This document shows positions 29,385 through 38,102 of a stretch of 64,000 nucleotides of DNA, piece by piece. The notes under the pieces are model-generated. The model ran no database searches. It saw only the letters and a list, made by a program, of their open reading frames with translations, and was not told the origin of the DNA. Made by a program: the position numbers and the translations under genes. Location: IMG/VR virus record IMGVR_UViG_3300017917_003822, positions 1-64,000 of that record. One strand, written 5' to 3'. Each line of letters opens with the position of its first letter. Position 1 is the stretch's first letter.

Positions 29385-29418
29385 AAAAGAATGTAGCTAT
29401 ACGCTACATTCTTTTTTT
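29385..29418 (+). terminator. Intrinsic terminator
   Basis: AAAAGAATGTAGC-TATAC-GCTACATTCTTTTTTT. Confidence 0.85.
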
Positions 29419-29420
29419 AT

Positions 29421-29448
29421 GAAATCTTTCCCTATTTTTTGACTAAAA
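29421..29448 (+). promoter_or_regulatory. ECF-like promoter GAAAT-N17-CTAAAA upstream of the late sigma gene
   Basis: Same 17-nt spacing as the other copies. Confidence 0.6.
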
Positions 29449-29486
29449 TATAGACCCGAATTAAACAAATTAAACTCAAACTATTA

Positions 29487-29846
29487 ATGACAAAAATTTA
29501 TGTAAAGAATAGCGAGCTCATGGCAGCAGTTATAGAATCAAAGAATGCTGGAAAATTAACACCTGAGACCATAGAGATGTTCAATCTTATGATAGAGGGA
29601 ATATCTAAAAAAATGTCATATAAGGATCCTGAGGATAAAGAGGATTGCATGGCTTTTGCTATGGAGGACTTATGTAAATATTGGAATAGATTCAATCCTG
29701 AAAAATCAAACAATCCGTTTGCGTATTTCACTCAGATTGCAAAGAATGGTTTTGCTAAAGGTTGGAAAAAACTACATCCGCCAAAAAATCCTAAAACTAT
29801 ACCCTTTAGTTATATTACAGGGGAGGATAACTCATATAACGTATAA
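29487..29846 (+). CDS. gp55: Late-transcription sigma factor (T4 gp55-like)
   Basis: YVKNSEL, FNPEKSNNPFAYFTQIAKNGF. Confidence 0.88.
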   Translation: MTKIYVKNSELMAAVIESKNAGKLTPETIEMFNLMIEGISKKMSYKDPEDKEDCMAFAMEDLCKYWNRFNPEKSNNPFAYFTQIAKNGFAKGWKKLHPPKNPKTIPFSYITGEDNSYNV

Positions 29847-29855
29847 TTATTGATT

Positions 29856-30341
29856 ATGACTGATATAAAAAAAGTAAAACCGAACGGTGAATACAGATCT
29901 GGAAAATATGAACCAAAAAATCCGGAGAAATATATCGGTGATATCCATAATATAATTTTCAGATCTTCCTGGGAATATAGATTTTGCACATATTGTGACA
30001 CTAATGATTCCATACTAAAATGGAGTTCAGAACCTTTGTCCATAGATTATTATAATCCATTGGATAAAAAAACACACAAGTATAATGTTGATTTTTATAT
30101 GAAGGTGCTGAAAGAAAGCGGGGAAACCCAGGAATGGATTATCGAGATAAAACCAGAAAACCAAACTAAGAAGCCTATTTATGAGGGAACTATGACCGTA
30201 GCCAAACTTAAATCATATAATAGAAACATGCAGATTTGGATTACAAATCAGGCCAAATTCAAAGCTGCCAAAGAATGGGCGGAAAAAAGAGGTTATAGAT
30301 TCGGTGTGATCGATGAGAATTTTTTATTTAAAAGCAAGTAA
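29856..30341 (+). CDS. gp4: Head completion nuclease (T4 gp4-like, TnsA fold)
   Basis: PKNPEKYIGD, FRSSWE, WSSE, IEIKP, NQAKFKAA. Confidence 0.9.
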   Translation: MTDIKKVKPNGEYRSGKYEPKNPEKYIGDIHNIIFRSSWEYRFCTYCDTNDSILKWSSEPLSIDYYNPLDKKTHKYNVDFYMKVLKESGETQEWIIEIKPENQTKKPIYEGTMTVAKLKSYNRNMQIWITNQAKFKAAKEWAEKRGYRFGVIDENFLFKSK

Positions 30342-30943
30342 TGTATAACGATCTAGTTCTCCAGTATAAAGAATCCTTAAATAAATCGGATGACATTTTT
30401 TCAGCAACTGATGATTTTTTTTTAAAAAAATATTTTAAAAATGAATCAGTGGAGAGAAAATTTACTCCTCCTTTTGTACCAGGAGAGATTTACACTTTCC
30501 TATACCAAACGGATTCCGAGGTAAATGAGAAAAGACCCTTTATAGATAGAATGCCTTTGATTATATGTACAGATACGTTTAATACAAAGGAATCAGGTAC
30601 GATAATTAAGGGAATAGATCTAATAACAGTGCCACCGAGAATCAGGATTGATATCATCGGAAAAATCTATGACAATTTTAGCGAGCAGATAAAGTCCAAT
30701 GACTCATCATATACTAAAGGAGGAGCTAAATCGCCAATAAATTTGAAGGATCAGGTATTAAAAGTTTTGCTAAATAATACTGGTTATGTGAATTCTCTCT
30801 TCGGATTTAAGTACAAGTTTATAAGATCTCCCAAAGTTATATCCTCCGATGACTGGGCAAAGATACCATATTTGAGAGTAAATTTTATAGAGGGCTTACC
30901 TATACAATCGATATATAATGAATATCAATCGAAATTAATTTAG
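30341..30943 (+). CDS. DNA end protector protein (T4 gp2-like)
   Basis: PGEIYTFLY, DRMPLI, GIDLITVPP; adjacent to gp4. Confidence 0.7.
   Translation: MYNDLVLQYKESLNKSDDIFSATDDFFLKKYFKNESVERKFTPPFVPGEIYTFLYQTDSEVNEKRPFIDRMPLIICTDTFNTKESGTIIKGIDLITVPPRIRIDIIGKIYDNFSEQIKSNDSSYTKGGAKSPINLKDQVLKVLLNNTGYVNSLFGFKYKFIRSPKVISSDDWAKIPYLRVNFIEGLPIQSIYNEYQSKLI
30910..30917 (+). promoter_or_regulatory. Late promoter motif GATATATA (portal genes)
   Basis: Exact copy in the 3' end of the gp2-like gene, about 60 nt before portal 1. Confidence 0.65.
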
Positions 30944-30976
30944 TTTTTTCGATAAAATGAATAAAGTATTTAATAA

Positions 30977-32572
30977 ATGGCAGGTTTCGTAGATAATAAT
31001 AATCCATCACAAACCCCTGTTATACAGAGGATAAGGGAATCTGTGAGAAAGATCAGCACCTTTGGAATGAAGTATGATGACATGGTAATCAGAAATTCCC
31101 AAGCTGTTGGTGTAACAGAGGCGGCTTTCCTTAATAAAAATAAATCCAATGTCGAGGACGAGAGTATGTTATGGACGCTTGCTAAGCAAGATGTATCTTC
31201 CCGCCAGTTCATTGGTTATTTTGATAAGGATTATAAGGGAAAGAGAGATTTTCTAAGAAAGTTTTCGCTGAATCCTGAGATTGAATGGGTACTTGATACA
31301 ATTTGTGACGAGGCGGTTTCATATGATCCCTCCAATTTTTTTGCATATCCTGATTTTATAGATCTTACTGACATTAATGAAAAATTAAAAGAGGATCTAT
31401 ATGAAACATATAAAAAGATTTATGATATCTGGGGGTTTTCTGATGATATTACCGGTTGGCAGTATTTTAGACAATTTATTGTCGATGGATTCCTAGCATT
31501 TGAAATCATTTATGATGACAAGGGACAGAATATAATAGGTTTCAAGGAGCTTGATGCTGTTACTTTGGTACCGAGTGTTGAAAAACAAATAGACGGATCT
31601 TTTGTAAATACATGGACACAATATCCTCAGGACCCTAAAAGAAAGAGAGTTCTTTATGATCCTCAGATTATCTATATTTCTTACGCTAAGGGTAACTCAA
31701 TATCAAGAATAAGCTACATCGAGAGATTAATTAGACCTTATAATATACTTCGGATTATGGAGTATACTCGTGTTATTTGGTCTGTTATGAATGCATCATT
31801 TAAGCTTAAAATGACCGTTCCTATCGGGTCAAAATCTCCTCAAAAAGGTATGCAGACTCTAGGTGAGTTGATGAGTATCTATAAGGAGGATATTGAACTT
31901 AATGATGAAAGTGGCGAATTAACAATTGACGGTAGACCAAAAATACAATTCTATAAGAATTACTTGATGCCATCCGGAGTTAATGGAACTCCAACTATAG
32001 AACCTCTAAATACCGAGGGTCCTAATCTTAATGATCCGCAACCGCTGGCATATTTCTTTGATAAATTTATTCTTGAATCTAAGGTACCTCCATCGAGATT
32101 TCATAATCCTGACGGTGGTAGTACATCACCATATTCCAACGGAGCCGAAGGATTGGATAAGGAGGAAATAAGATTTGCTAAATTTATATCTAGACTTAGA
32201 TCGGTTTTCCAGGAAATATTAGTTAAACCTCTGTGGATACAGATGGTTAAAAAATATCCAAAACTGGAGGATGATTTTCTTTTTAAGAGTCAATTGGGAT
32301 TAGATTATTTTTCAGATAATCCATTTAAACTAAATCAGGAGATGGATATGATGAATAAGAAAAAAGAAGCTATAGTATCCATGAGTGGTTTGATTGGAGA
32401 TGATGAAAAACCATTCTTCTCTAATGCATTTCTTATTGAGACGTATCTTGGATTATCTAAGCAGGATATAGACGCAAATAAGGAGGCGATCGAGAGAAAA
32501 GAGAAAGCTAAAAAGAAAAAGGAGAAAGAAGGCGGTGAGGAAGAAGAAGGAACACCGGAAGTAACACTATAA
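30977..32572 (+). CDS. gp20: Portal protein, copy 1 (T4 gp20-like)
   Basis: PEIEWVLDTICDEAV, FIVDG, SYIERLIRPYNILRIME, VPPSRF, EEIRFAKFISRLR. Confidence 0.92.
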   Translation: MAGFVDNNNPSQTPVIQRIRESVRKISTFGMKYDDMVIRNSQAVGVTEAAFLNKNKSNVEDESMLWTLAKQDVSSRQFIGYFDKDYKGKRDFLRKFSLNPEIEWVLDTICDEAVSYDPSNFFAYPDFIDLTDINEKLKEDLYETYKKIYDIWGFSDDITGWQYFRQFIVDGFLAFEIIYDDKGQNIIGFKELDAVTLVPSVEKQIDGSFVNTWTQYPQDPKRKRVLYDPQIIYISYAKGNSISRISYIERLIRPYNILRIMEYTRVIWSVMNASFKLKMTVPIGSKSPQKGMQTLGELMSIYKEDIELNDESGELTIDGRPKIQFYKNYLMPSGVNGTPTIEPLNTEGPNLNDPQPLAYFFDKFILESKVPPSRFHNPDGGSTSPYSNGAEGLDKEEIRFAKFISRLRSVFQEILVKPLWIQMVKKYPKLEDDFLFKSQLGLDYFSDNPFKLNQEMDMMNKKKEAIVSMSGLIGDDEKPFFSNAFLIETYLGLSKQDIDANKEAIERKEKAKKKKEKEGGEEEEGTPEVTL

Positions 32573-32576
32573 TAAA

Positions 32577-34202
32577 ATGGCAGGATTTTTAGATTATTTA
32601 AAACCCAATCAATCTGCTCTAGGTAACATATTAAAAAACCTGGGGAACATATCAAAATTTGGTATGCAATATGATGATATGGTTGTGAGAAATTCACAGG
32701 CCATCGGTAAAACTGAGGGTTATTTCTTTAACCAGGAAGGAACAGGATTCACACAAAACGATGCCTTTTATTGGACAGCTTCCTATCAGGATACTAAGGT
32801 AAGAAAATATATTGCATATTTTGACAAGGACTATATAGAAAAAAGAAACTATCTCAGAAAGTTTTCTTTGAACGGAGAAATTGAATTCATATTAGATACT
32901 GTTGCTGATGAATCGATATGTTATGATGACAGGAATTATTTTGCACAACCCTCCTTTATAAATATAGATTTAAAGGATAAAATTAAGGAGGAGATGTCAA
33001 ATCATTATAATAGGCTGTATAATGTTTTTGGATTTCAGAACAGTGTTTTAGGTTGGCAGTATTTTAAACAGTTTTTAATTGACGGATTCTTAGCATTTGA
33101 AATTATTTATGATAACAAGGGAAAGGAAATCATAGGATTTAAAGAGTTGGACCCATCGTCTCTACAGCCCGTTGTTGAGAAAGTTGGCGAGACTGAATAT
33201 AAACAGTTTTGGATACAATATCCAAAAAATCCTCAGATGACTAGGAAACTTACTAACGAGCAGATCATTTATATTTCTTATGCGAAAGGAAATAGTATAT
33301 CGAGAGTAAGCTACATCGAAAGACTTGTTAGATCATATAACATTTTAAGAATCATGGAGAATTCCAGAGTTATCTGGAATGTTATGAATGCTTCATATAG
33401 ACTTAAGTTTATTATACCCATCGGTAGTCAGTCTCCACAGAAGGCTATGCAGACACTTGGCCAATTGATGTCTAATTATAAGGAGGACATTTCGATTAAT
33501 GATGCATCCGGTGAGTTAACAATAAATGGAAGACCAAAAGTTCAGTTTTATAAGAACTACCTATTCCCAGAGAAGGACGGTGTATCACCTCAGATAGAAT
33601 CTTTAAATCCAAGCGGACCTGATTTTAATGTAATGGAGAATGTTCTTTATTTCTTCAATAAGCTTAAAATGGATTCAAAAATTCCTTATGCTAGATTTGC
33701 ATCAAAGAATGGTACACCAGCCAACTATCAGATTTCCATAGATCAATTGGAGCGGGATGAAATTAGATTCGAGAAGTTCCTTAGAAGATTAAGATCCATA
33801 TTTCAGGAAATATTAGTCAAACCCCTTTATATTCAGATGTGCCTAAATCATCCCGAGTTATCTAAGGATAAGAGTTTCAAAGCTAACATAGGACTTAATT
33901 TCTACAGGGATAGTGAATTTGAGGAAATGGTTGAGATGACTGGATACACCAAAAGAAGTGAATTTATTAAAGGTCTGGGTGAGTTAAAAGTTAAATTTGG
34001 AGAAGAAGAAAAACCATACTTTGATAACGACTTTCTTATTCAGAGATTCCTTGGTATGAATCCTGATCAAATTAAAATGAATAAACTCTACAAAGAAAGA
34101 GAGGATAAAGCTGCTGAAAAAGCTAAAGGTGCTGAAGGTGCTGAAGGAGAAACAGAGGGAGCAGCTGAGGGAGAAGAAACAACACCGGAAGTAACGCTAT
34201 AA
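32577..34202 (+). CDS. gp20: Portal protein, copy 2 (T4 gp20-like)
   Basis: Same motifs as copy 1 (SYIERLVRSYNILRIME, IPYARF, RDEIRFEKFLRRLR); full length. Confidence 0.92.
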   Translation: MAGFLDYLKPNQSALGNILKNLGNISKFGMQYDDMVVRNSQAIGKTEGYFFNQEGTGFTQNDAFYWTASYQDTKVRKYIAYFDKDYIEKRNYLRKFSLNGEIEFILDTVADESICYDDRNYFAQPSFINIDLKDKIKEEMSNHYNRLYNVFGFQNSVLGWQYFKQFLIDGFLAFEIIYDNKGKEIIGFKELDPSSLQPVVEKVGETEYKQFWIQYPKNPQMTRKLTNEQIIYISYAKGNSISRVSYIERLVRSYNILRIMENSRVIWNVMNASYRLKFIIPIGSQSPQKAMQTLGQLMSNYKEDISINDASGELTINGRPKVQFYKNYLFPEKDGVSPQIESLNPSGPDFNVMENVLYFFNKLKMDSKIPYARFASKNGTPANYQISIDQLERDEIRFEKFLRRLRSIFQEILVKPLYIQMCLNHPELSKDKSFKANIGLNFYRDSEFEEMVEMTGYTKRSEFIKGLGELKVKFGEEEKPYFDNDFLIQRFLGMNPDQIKMNKLYKEREDKAAEKAKGAEGAEGETEGAAEGEETTPEVTL

Positions 34203-34224
34203 TTCTTTTTTTAAAATTCCATTA

Positions 34225-35199
34225 ATGAAATTTGATTTTTCAAGATTATTTTCTAAAAGTAAAATACTCGTAATTGGCGATGTTATGCTGGATCATTATG
34301 TTCTTGGTTCAGTTTCGAGAATTTCGCCAGAAGCACCAGTTCCTGTTCTAGTTAGGGAATCTGAGAGTCATTATTTGGGTGGTGCAGGTAACGTTTTTTC
34401 TAATATACATTCTCTAGGTGGGAATGGTGATATAATTTCCGTGATTGGAGACGATTTTAATGGTGAATATATCGAGAAAATGATTTTTGATAAATCCACA
34501 TTAAGTGTTCTTATTAAGGATAAAACAAGAAAAACCACCATAAAATCCAGATACATCGGAAATTCTCATCAATTACTTAGGGTTGATGACGAGGATTGTC
34601 TGGACATTAATCAGGAAATCCAATTACATTTTATGGAGAGACTTAATGCAATCATAGACTTCTACGATTGTGTTATTATGGAAGATTATAATAAGGGACT
34701 TTTAACCCCCGAAATAATAAAAAATGTTGTTAATCTATGTAGATCGAAGGGAAAGAAACTTATAGTTGATCCTAAAATAAGAAACGTTGATTTCTATAAG
34801 GGTTGCTCCGTTCTTAAACCTAATTTTTCGGAATTTTGTATTCTTGCAAATAAGAAGATGAACGTTTCAGATTTTGATTTAATAATAGAGGAGGCCAGAA
34901 AGATTATAAAAAAAATGGATCTCGAGTCTATCTTGGTAACTTTGTCTGATTCTGGAATCCTCTATGTTAGCAAATACGAATCGTACCACAGTCCGGGTTA
35001 TCCAATAAAAGTATCCGATGTTTCCGGAGCTGGCGACACAGTCACCGCTATGTTCTCCCTGTGCTGGTCGTCCGGTGTCGATTTAAAAGAGACTTTGGAT
35101 CTTTGCAATGTAGCAGGATCTATAGCTTGTTCGTTTGTTGGTGCTGTTTCCGTAAACATAGAAGATGTAATTAACAGCGAACATCTAAAAAATCTGTAG
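34225..35199 (+). CDS. rfaE1: D-glycero-D-manno-heptose-7-phosphate kinase (HldE/RfaE domain I, PfkB family)
   Basis: VIGDVMLDHY, RISPEAPVPV, GGAGNV, LLRVD, DYNKG, VDPK, DVSGAGDT. Confidence 0.92.
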   Translation: MKFDFSRLFSKSKILVIGDVMLDHYVLGSVSRISPEAPVPVLVRESESHYLGGAGNVFSNIHSLGGNGDIISVIGDDFNGEYIEKMIFDKSTLSVLIKDKTRKTTIKSRYIGNSHQLLRVDDEDCLDINQEIQLHFMERLNAIIDFYDCVIMEDYNKGLLTPEIIKNVVNLCRSKGKKLIVDPKIRNVDFYKGCSVLKPNFSEFCILANKKMNVSDFDLIIEEARKIIKKMDLESILVTLSDSGILYVSKYESYHSPGYPIKVSDVSGAGDTVTAMFSLCWSSGVDLKETLDLCNVAGSIACSFVGAVSVNIEDVINSEHLKNL

Positions 35200-35229
35200 T
35201 TAATATTTTTTCTGTCCGGGTTTCTTTAT

Positions 35230-35237
35230 TATATTTG
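35230..35237 (+). promoter_or_regulatory. Bacteroidota-type -7 promoter element (TATATTTG)
   Basis: TAnnTTTG about 20 nt upstream of the ligase ATG. Confidence 0.65.
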
Positions 35238-35256
35238 TGGAAATTAAAAAACAAAT

Positions 35257-36588
35257 ATGATACAGGAACTAAGATTATTTAAAACCCTCGAGAATCTAAC
35301 TGGTGAAGGTTCTCAAAAATCTAAACAAAATTTAATTGCTGAAAATCTAAATGAAAGATTTTCATATATGTTGGATGTTTGTTACAATCCTTTCATCACC
35401 ACTAAACTCCATAAGATTGCATTTAATGAATCATTGTCAGATAGCAATCCTAATCATTGGGAAGATTTCAAAACACTCATAGAGGAGCTTAAAACAGCTC
35501 CTGCAGCAAACGATTCTCTCCGAAATAGAGCTCAGAATCTTATATCTCAGAAAATTTCGGATGATCCAGCGGAGGATCTTGAGCTTAGAACTGTTCTTAT
35601 GAAGATTTTCACCAAGAGAATGAATATCGGAATCGGTGCCAAATTAATCAATAAAGCTGTTAAAAGGGAGCTAATTCCCGATCCGTCACTTATGTTGGCA
35701 ACTGATGATCACGAGACCATAGAGAAATGGGAAAAAATATACTGCGAGGAAAAGTATGATGGGGTGAGAGTTATTGCTCTTTATAAAAACGGAGAGTTTT
35801 CTTATTTTACCAGGGCTTTCAACGAGCTTGATTCCACATGCTTTCCTAAGATAACTTTTGATCTTAAAACCTGTATGATAAACAGCGGTTTAAAGGGTGA
35901 TTGGTTTTTTGATGGCGAATTGACAGATTTGAATAGAAAATCAGTAAGCGGTAAAGTTACCCAGATATTAAAAGGAAAGGTTGATTCTTCGATAGAGTCA
36001 GGTTTACTTTTTAATGTGTTTGATTTGGAGGAAGCTTCAACACTGGAGAAAGGTTCAGGTATCATTGATTACAAAACGAGGAGAGATACTCTGGAAGTAG
36101 TGCTTAAAAACATAGATGAAAATTCACCGATTAAATTAGCACAAATGTGGGAGCTTGATGATGTTAGTGAGGTTGCTACTATTTATAAAAGATTGGTTGA
36201 CGTTGGCGGCGAAGGCGTTATTTGTAAAGACAATGGAATTTATGAATGCAAGAGATCAAAATCTTGGGTTAAATTTAAGGAGGTGAATGATTGCGATCTT
36301 GAGATAGTTGGTTGGTATCCTGGTGAAGGTAAAAGGGAAGGTTTTATTGGAGGTTTTATTTTAACTGACAGCTCAAAAACACTAAATGTAAGAGTTGGGG
36401 CTGGGTTTACTGATAATGATCTAAAAACTCTAAGTCAGGATCCGGACTCACATATCGGAAAAATAGCAGCTATTCAGTATAACGTAACGATTACCGACAA
36501 GCACGGTAACAGATCTTTGTTTCTTCCTAGATTCATAGAGGTCAGATCTGATAAAAGCTCACCTGATGATTTTTCGGGCAAATTTTAG
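35257..36588 (+). CDS. lig: ATP-dependent DNA ligase
   Basis: EEKYDGVR (KxDG), FDGE, EGVICK, WVKFK, FLPRF. Confidence 0.95.
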   Translation: MIQELRLFKTLENLTGEGSQKSKQNLIAENLNERFSYMLDVCYNPFITTKLHKIAFNESLSDSNPNHWEDFKTLIEELKTAPAANDSLRNRAQNLISQKISDDPAEDLELRTVLMKIFTKRMNIGIGAKLINKAVKRELIPDPSLMLATDDHETIEKWEKIYCEEKYDGVRVIALYKNGEFSYFTRAFNELDSTCFPKITFDLKTCMINSGLKGDWFFDGELTDLNRKSVSGKVTQILKGKVDSSIESGLLFNVFDLEEASTLEKGSGIIDYKTRRDTLEVVLKNIDENSPIKLAQMWELDDVSEVATIYKRLVDVGGEGVICKDNGIYECKRSKSWVKFKEVNDCDLEIVGWYPGEGKREGFIGGFILTDSSKTLNVRVGAGFTDNDLKTLSQDPDSHIGKIAAIQYNVTITDKHGNRSLFLPRFIEVRSDKSSPDDFSGKF

Positions 36589-36616
36589 GAAACAAGCTTC
36601 TGAATATCAACTAGAA
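36589..36616 (+). promoter_or_regulatory. ECF-like promoter GAAAC-N17-CTAGAA
   Basis: Upstream of the clamp loader operon. Confidence 0.65.
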
Positions 36617-36621
36617 CAATT

Positions 36622-37566
36622 ATGATACAAGAATTATTAACAGAGAAACTTAGACCGAAGGAACTTAGACATATGATCCTTCCGGAGAGAATATCAAGAA
36701 TATTCGAGAATGGACTTAATCAAAATGTTTTGTTAAGTGGACCTCCTGGTTGTGGTAAAACAACTTTAGCTAAAATTTTAGCTGCTCCATATCCCCATAT
36801 TTTTATAAATGGTTCGGACGAGAGCTCAGTAGAAACCCTACGTGTGAAAATTAACGATTTCTGCTCCACGATTTCTGTTATGGATGGTAAATCCTCCAAG
36901 AAAGTGGTTATATTGGATGAGTTTGATGGTGTTTCTGATCAGTTTCATAAAGCTTTACGTGGAACCATAGAGAAATTCGCAGGAAATACTCGATTTGTTG
37001 CTACCTGTAACTATATAAATAAAATTCCTGACGCGATACAAAGTAGATTTGAGGTCATAGATTTTAATCCAGTAAATAGCGAAGAGGAGGAATCTTTAAA
37101 AAAGGAATGGAATAAAAGGGTCAGTCTTATTCTATCTAGACTTAATATAGAAATAGACGAGGATTCTTTATTTGAATTCCAAAAGAATTATTACCCAGAT
37201 TTTAGATCAGCTCTGAATAAAATTCAAAGTTGGAATATTGAGAAAGTTAAGGTTGTTGATTCCAAGAAAATGAGTGAACTTGGATGGTCATATGAATCTC
37301 TATATGAGCTTATAATCTCATCTAAAGACCCTGTTGTTAACTACCAGATAATAGTTGGTGAATACCAAGGTAAGGTTGATGATGTTATGTCAGCACTGGG
37401 TGAGGAGTTCATTAAATGGATCATTGACAATAAACCAGAGTTTAAGAAGATAATTCCTGCTGTGATTGTCCTAGTCGCTGATCATCAGGCACAGAGAAAC
37501 CAGGTTATCGATCCAATGGTCTCACTACTTTCTCTAGTCTTTCAGATACAGAAATTAGTAGAATAA
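36622..37566 (+). CDS. gp44: Clamp loader AAA+ subunit (gp44/RFC-like)
   Basis: EKLRP, GPPGCGKTT, ILDEFD, TCNY, IQSRF. Confidence 0.93.
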   Translation: MIQELLTEKLRPKELRHMILPERISRIFENGLNQNVLLSGPPGCGKTTLAKILAAPYPHIFINGSDESSVETLRVKINDFCSTISVMDGKSSKKVVILDEFDGVSDQFHKALRGTIEKFAGNTRFVATCNYINKIPDAIQSRFEVIDFNPVNSEEEESLKKEWNKRVSLILSRLNIEIDEDSLFEFQKNYYPDFRSALNKIQSWNIEKVKVVDSKKMSELGWSYESLYELIISSKDPVVNYQIIVGEYQGKVDDVMSALGEEFIKWIIDNKPEFKKIIPAVIVLVADHQAQRNQVIDPMVSLLSLVFQIQKLVE

Positions 37567-38097
37567 ATGAGAAGGGTAATATTAGTTGGTAAGGGGGGAT
37601 CAGGTAAGGATTACGCTAGGAAAATACTAGAGGACAAGGGATTTAGATATTGCATTTCTCATACAACTAGACCACCTAGAGAAGGGGAGGTTAACGGGAG
37701 AGATTATAATTTTATATCTAGGGATTCTGCAGCTCATCACTATATTCCTAATAATCTTTTCTATGAGTACGTGATATTCAATAATTGGTTATACGGAACA
37801 ACCAAGGAAGAATTTGAAAAATCCAACCTTTTCATAATGACTCCCTCCGGTGTATCTAAGCTTTTGCCCGAAGATAGAAGGGAATCTTTTATAGTTTATT
37901 TTGACATTGATATAGAAACTAGACGCGGGAGATTAAGTGAGAGAAGGGATGCAGATAACGTCGAGAGAAGGCTGGAGGCCGATGATTTAGATTTTGAAAA
38001 CTTTACAGATTTCGATCATAGAATAGTAGATCCCGAATTTATAATTGAGGGAGACTGGACCGACGTTGAAAGATATAAAATTAAACAATTACAATAG
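37567..38097 (+). CDS. gmk: Guanylate kinase-like protein
   Basis: GKGGSGKD, SHTTRPPREGEVNGRDYNF, YGT. Confidence 0.85.
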   Translation: MRRVILVGKGGSGKDYARKILEDKGFRYCISHTTRPPREGEVNGRDYNFISRDSAAHHYIPNNLFYEYVIFNNWLYGTTKEEFEKSNLFIMTPSGVSKLLPEDRRESFIVYFDIDIETRRGRLSERRDADNVERRLEADDLDFENFTDFDHRIVDPEFIIEGDWTDVERYKIKQLQ

Positions 38098-38102
38098 AAA
38101 GT

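Noticed and set aside
29856-30341. TnsA-like nuclease as a sign of a Tn7-like element
   Set aside because: Context (gp55, gp2, portal) and motifs identify it as the T4 gp4-like head completion protein; no transposon genes or ends.
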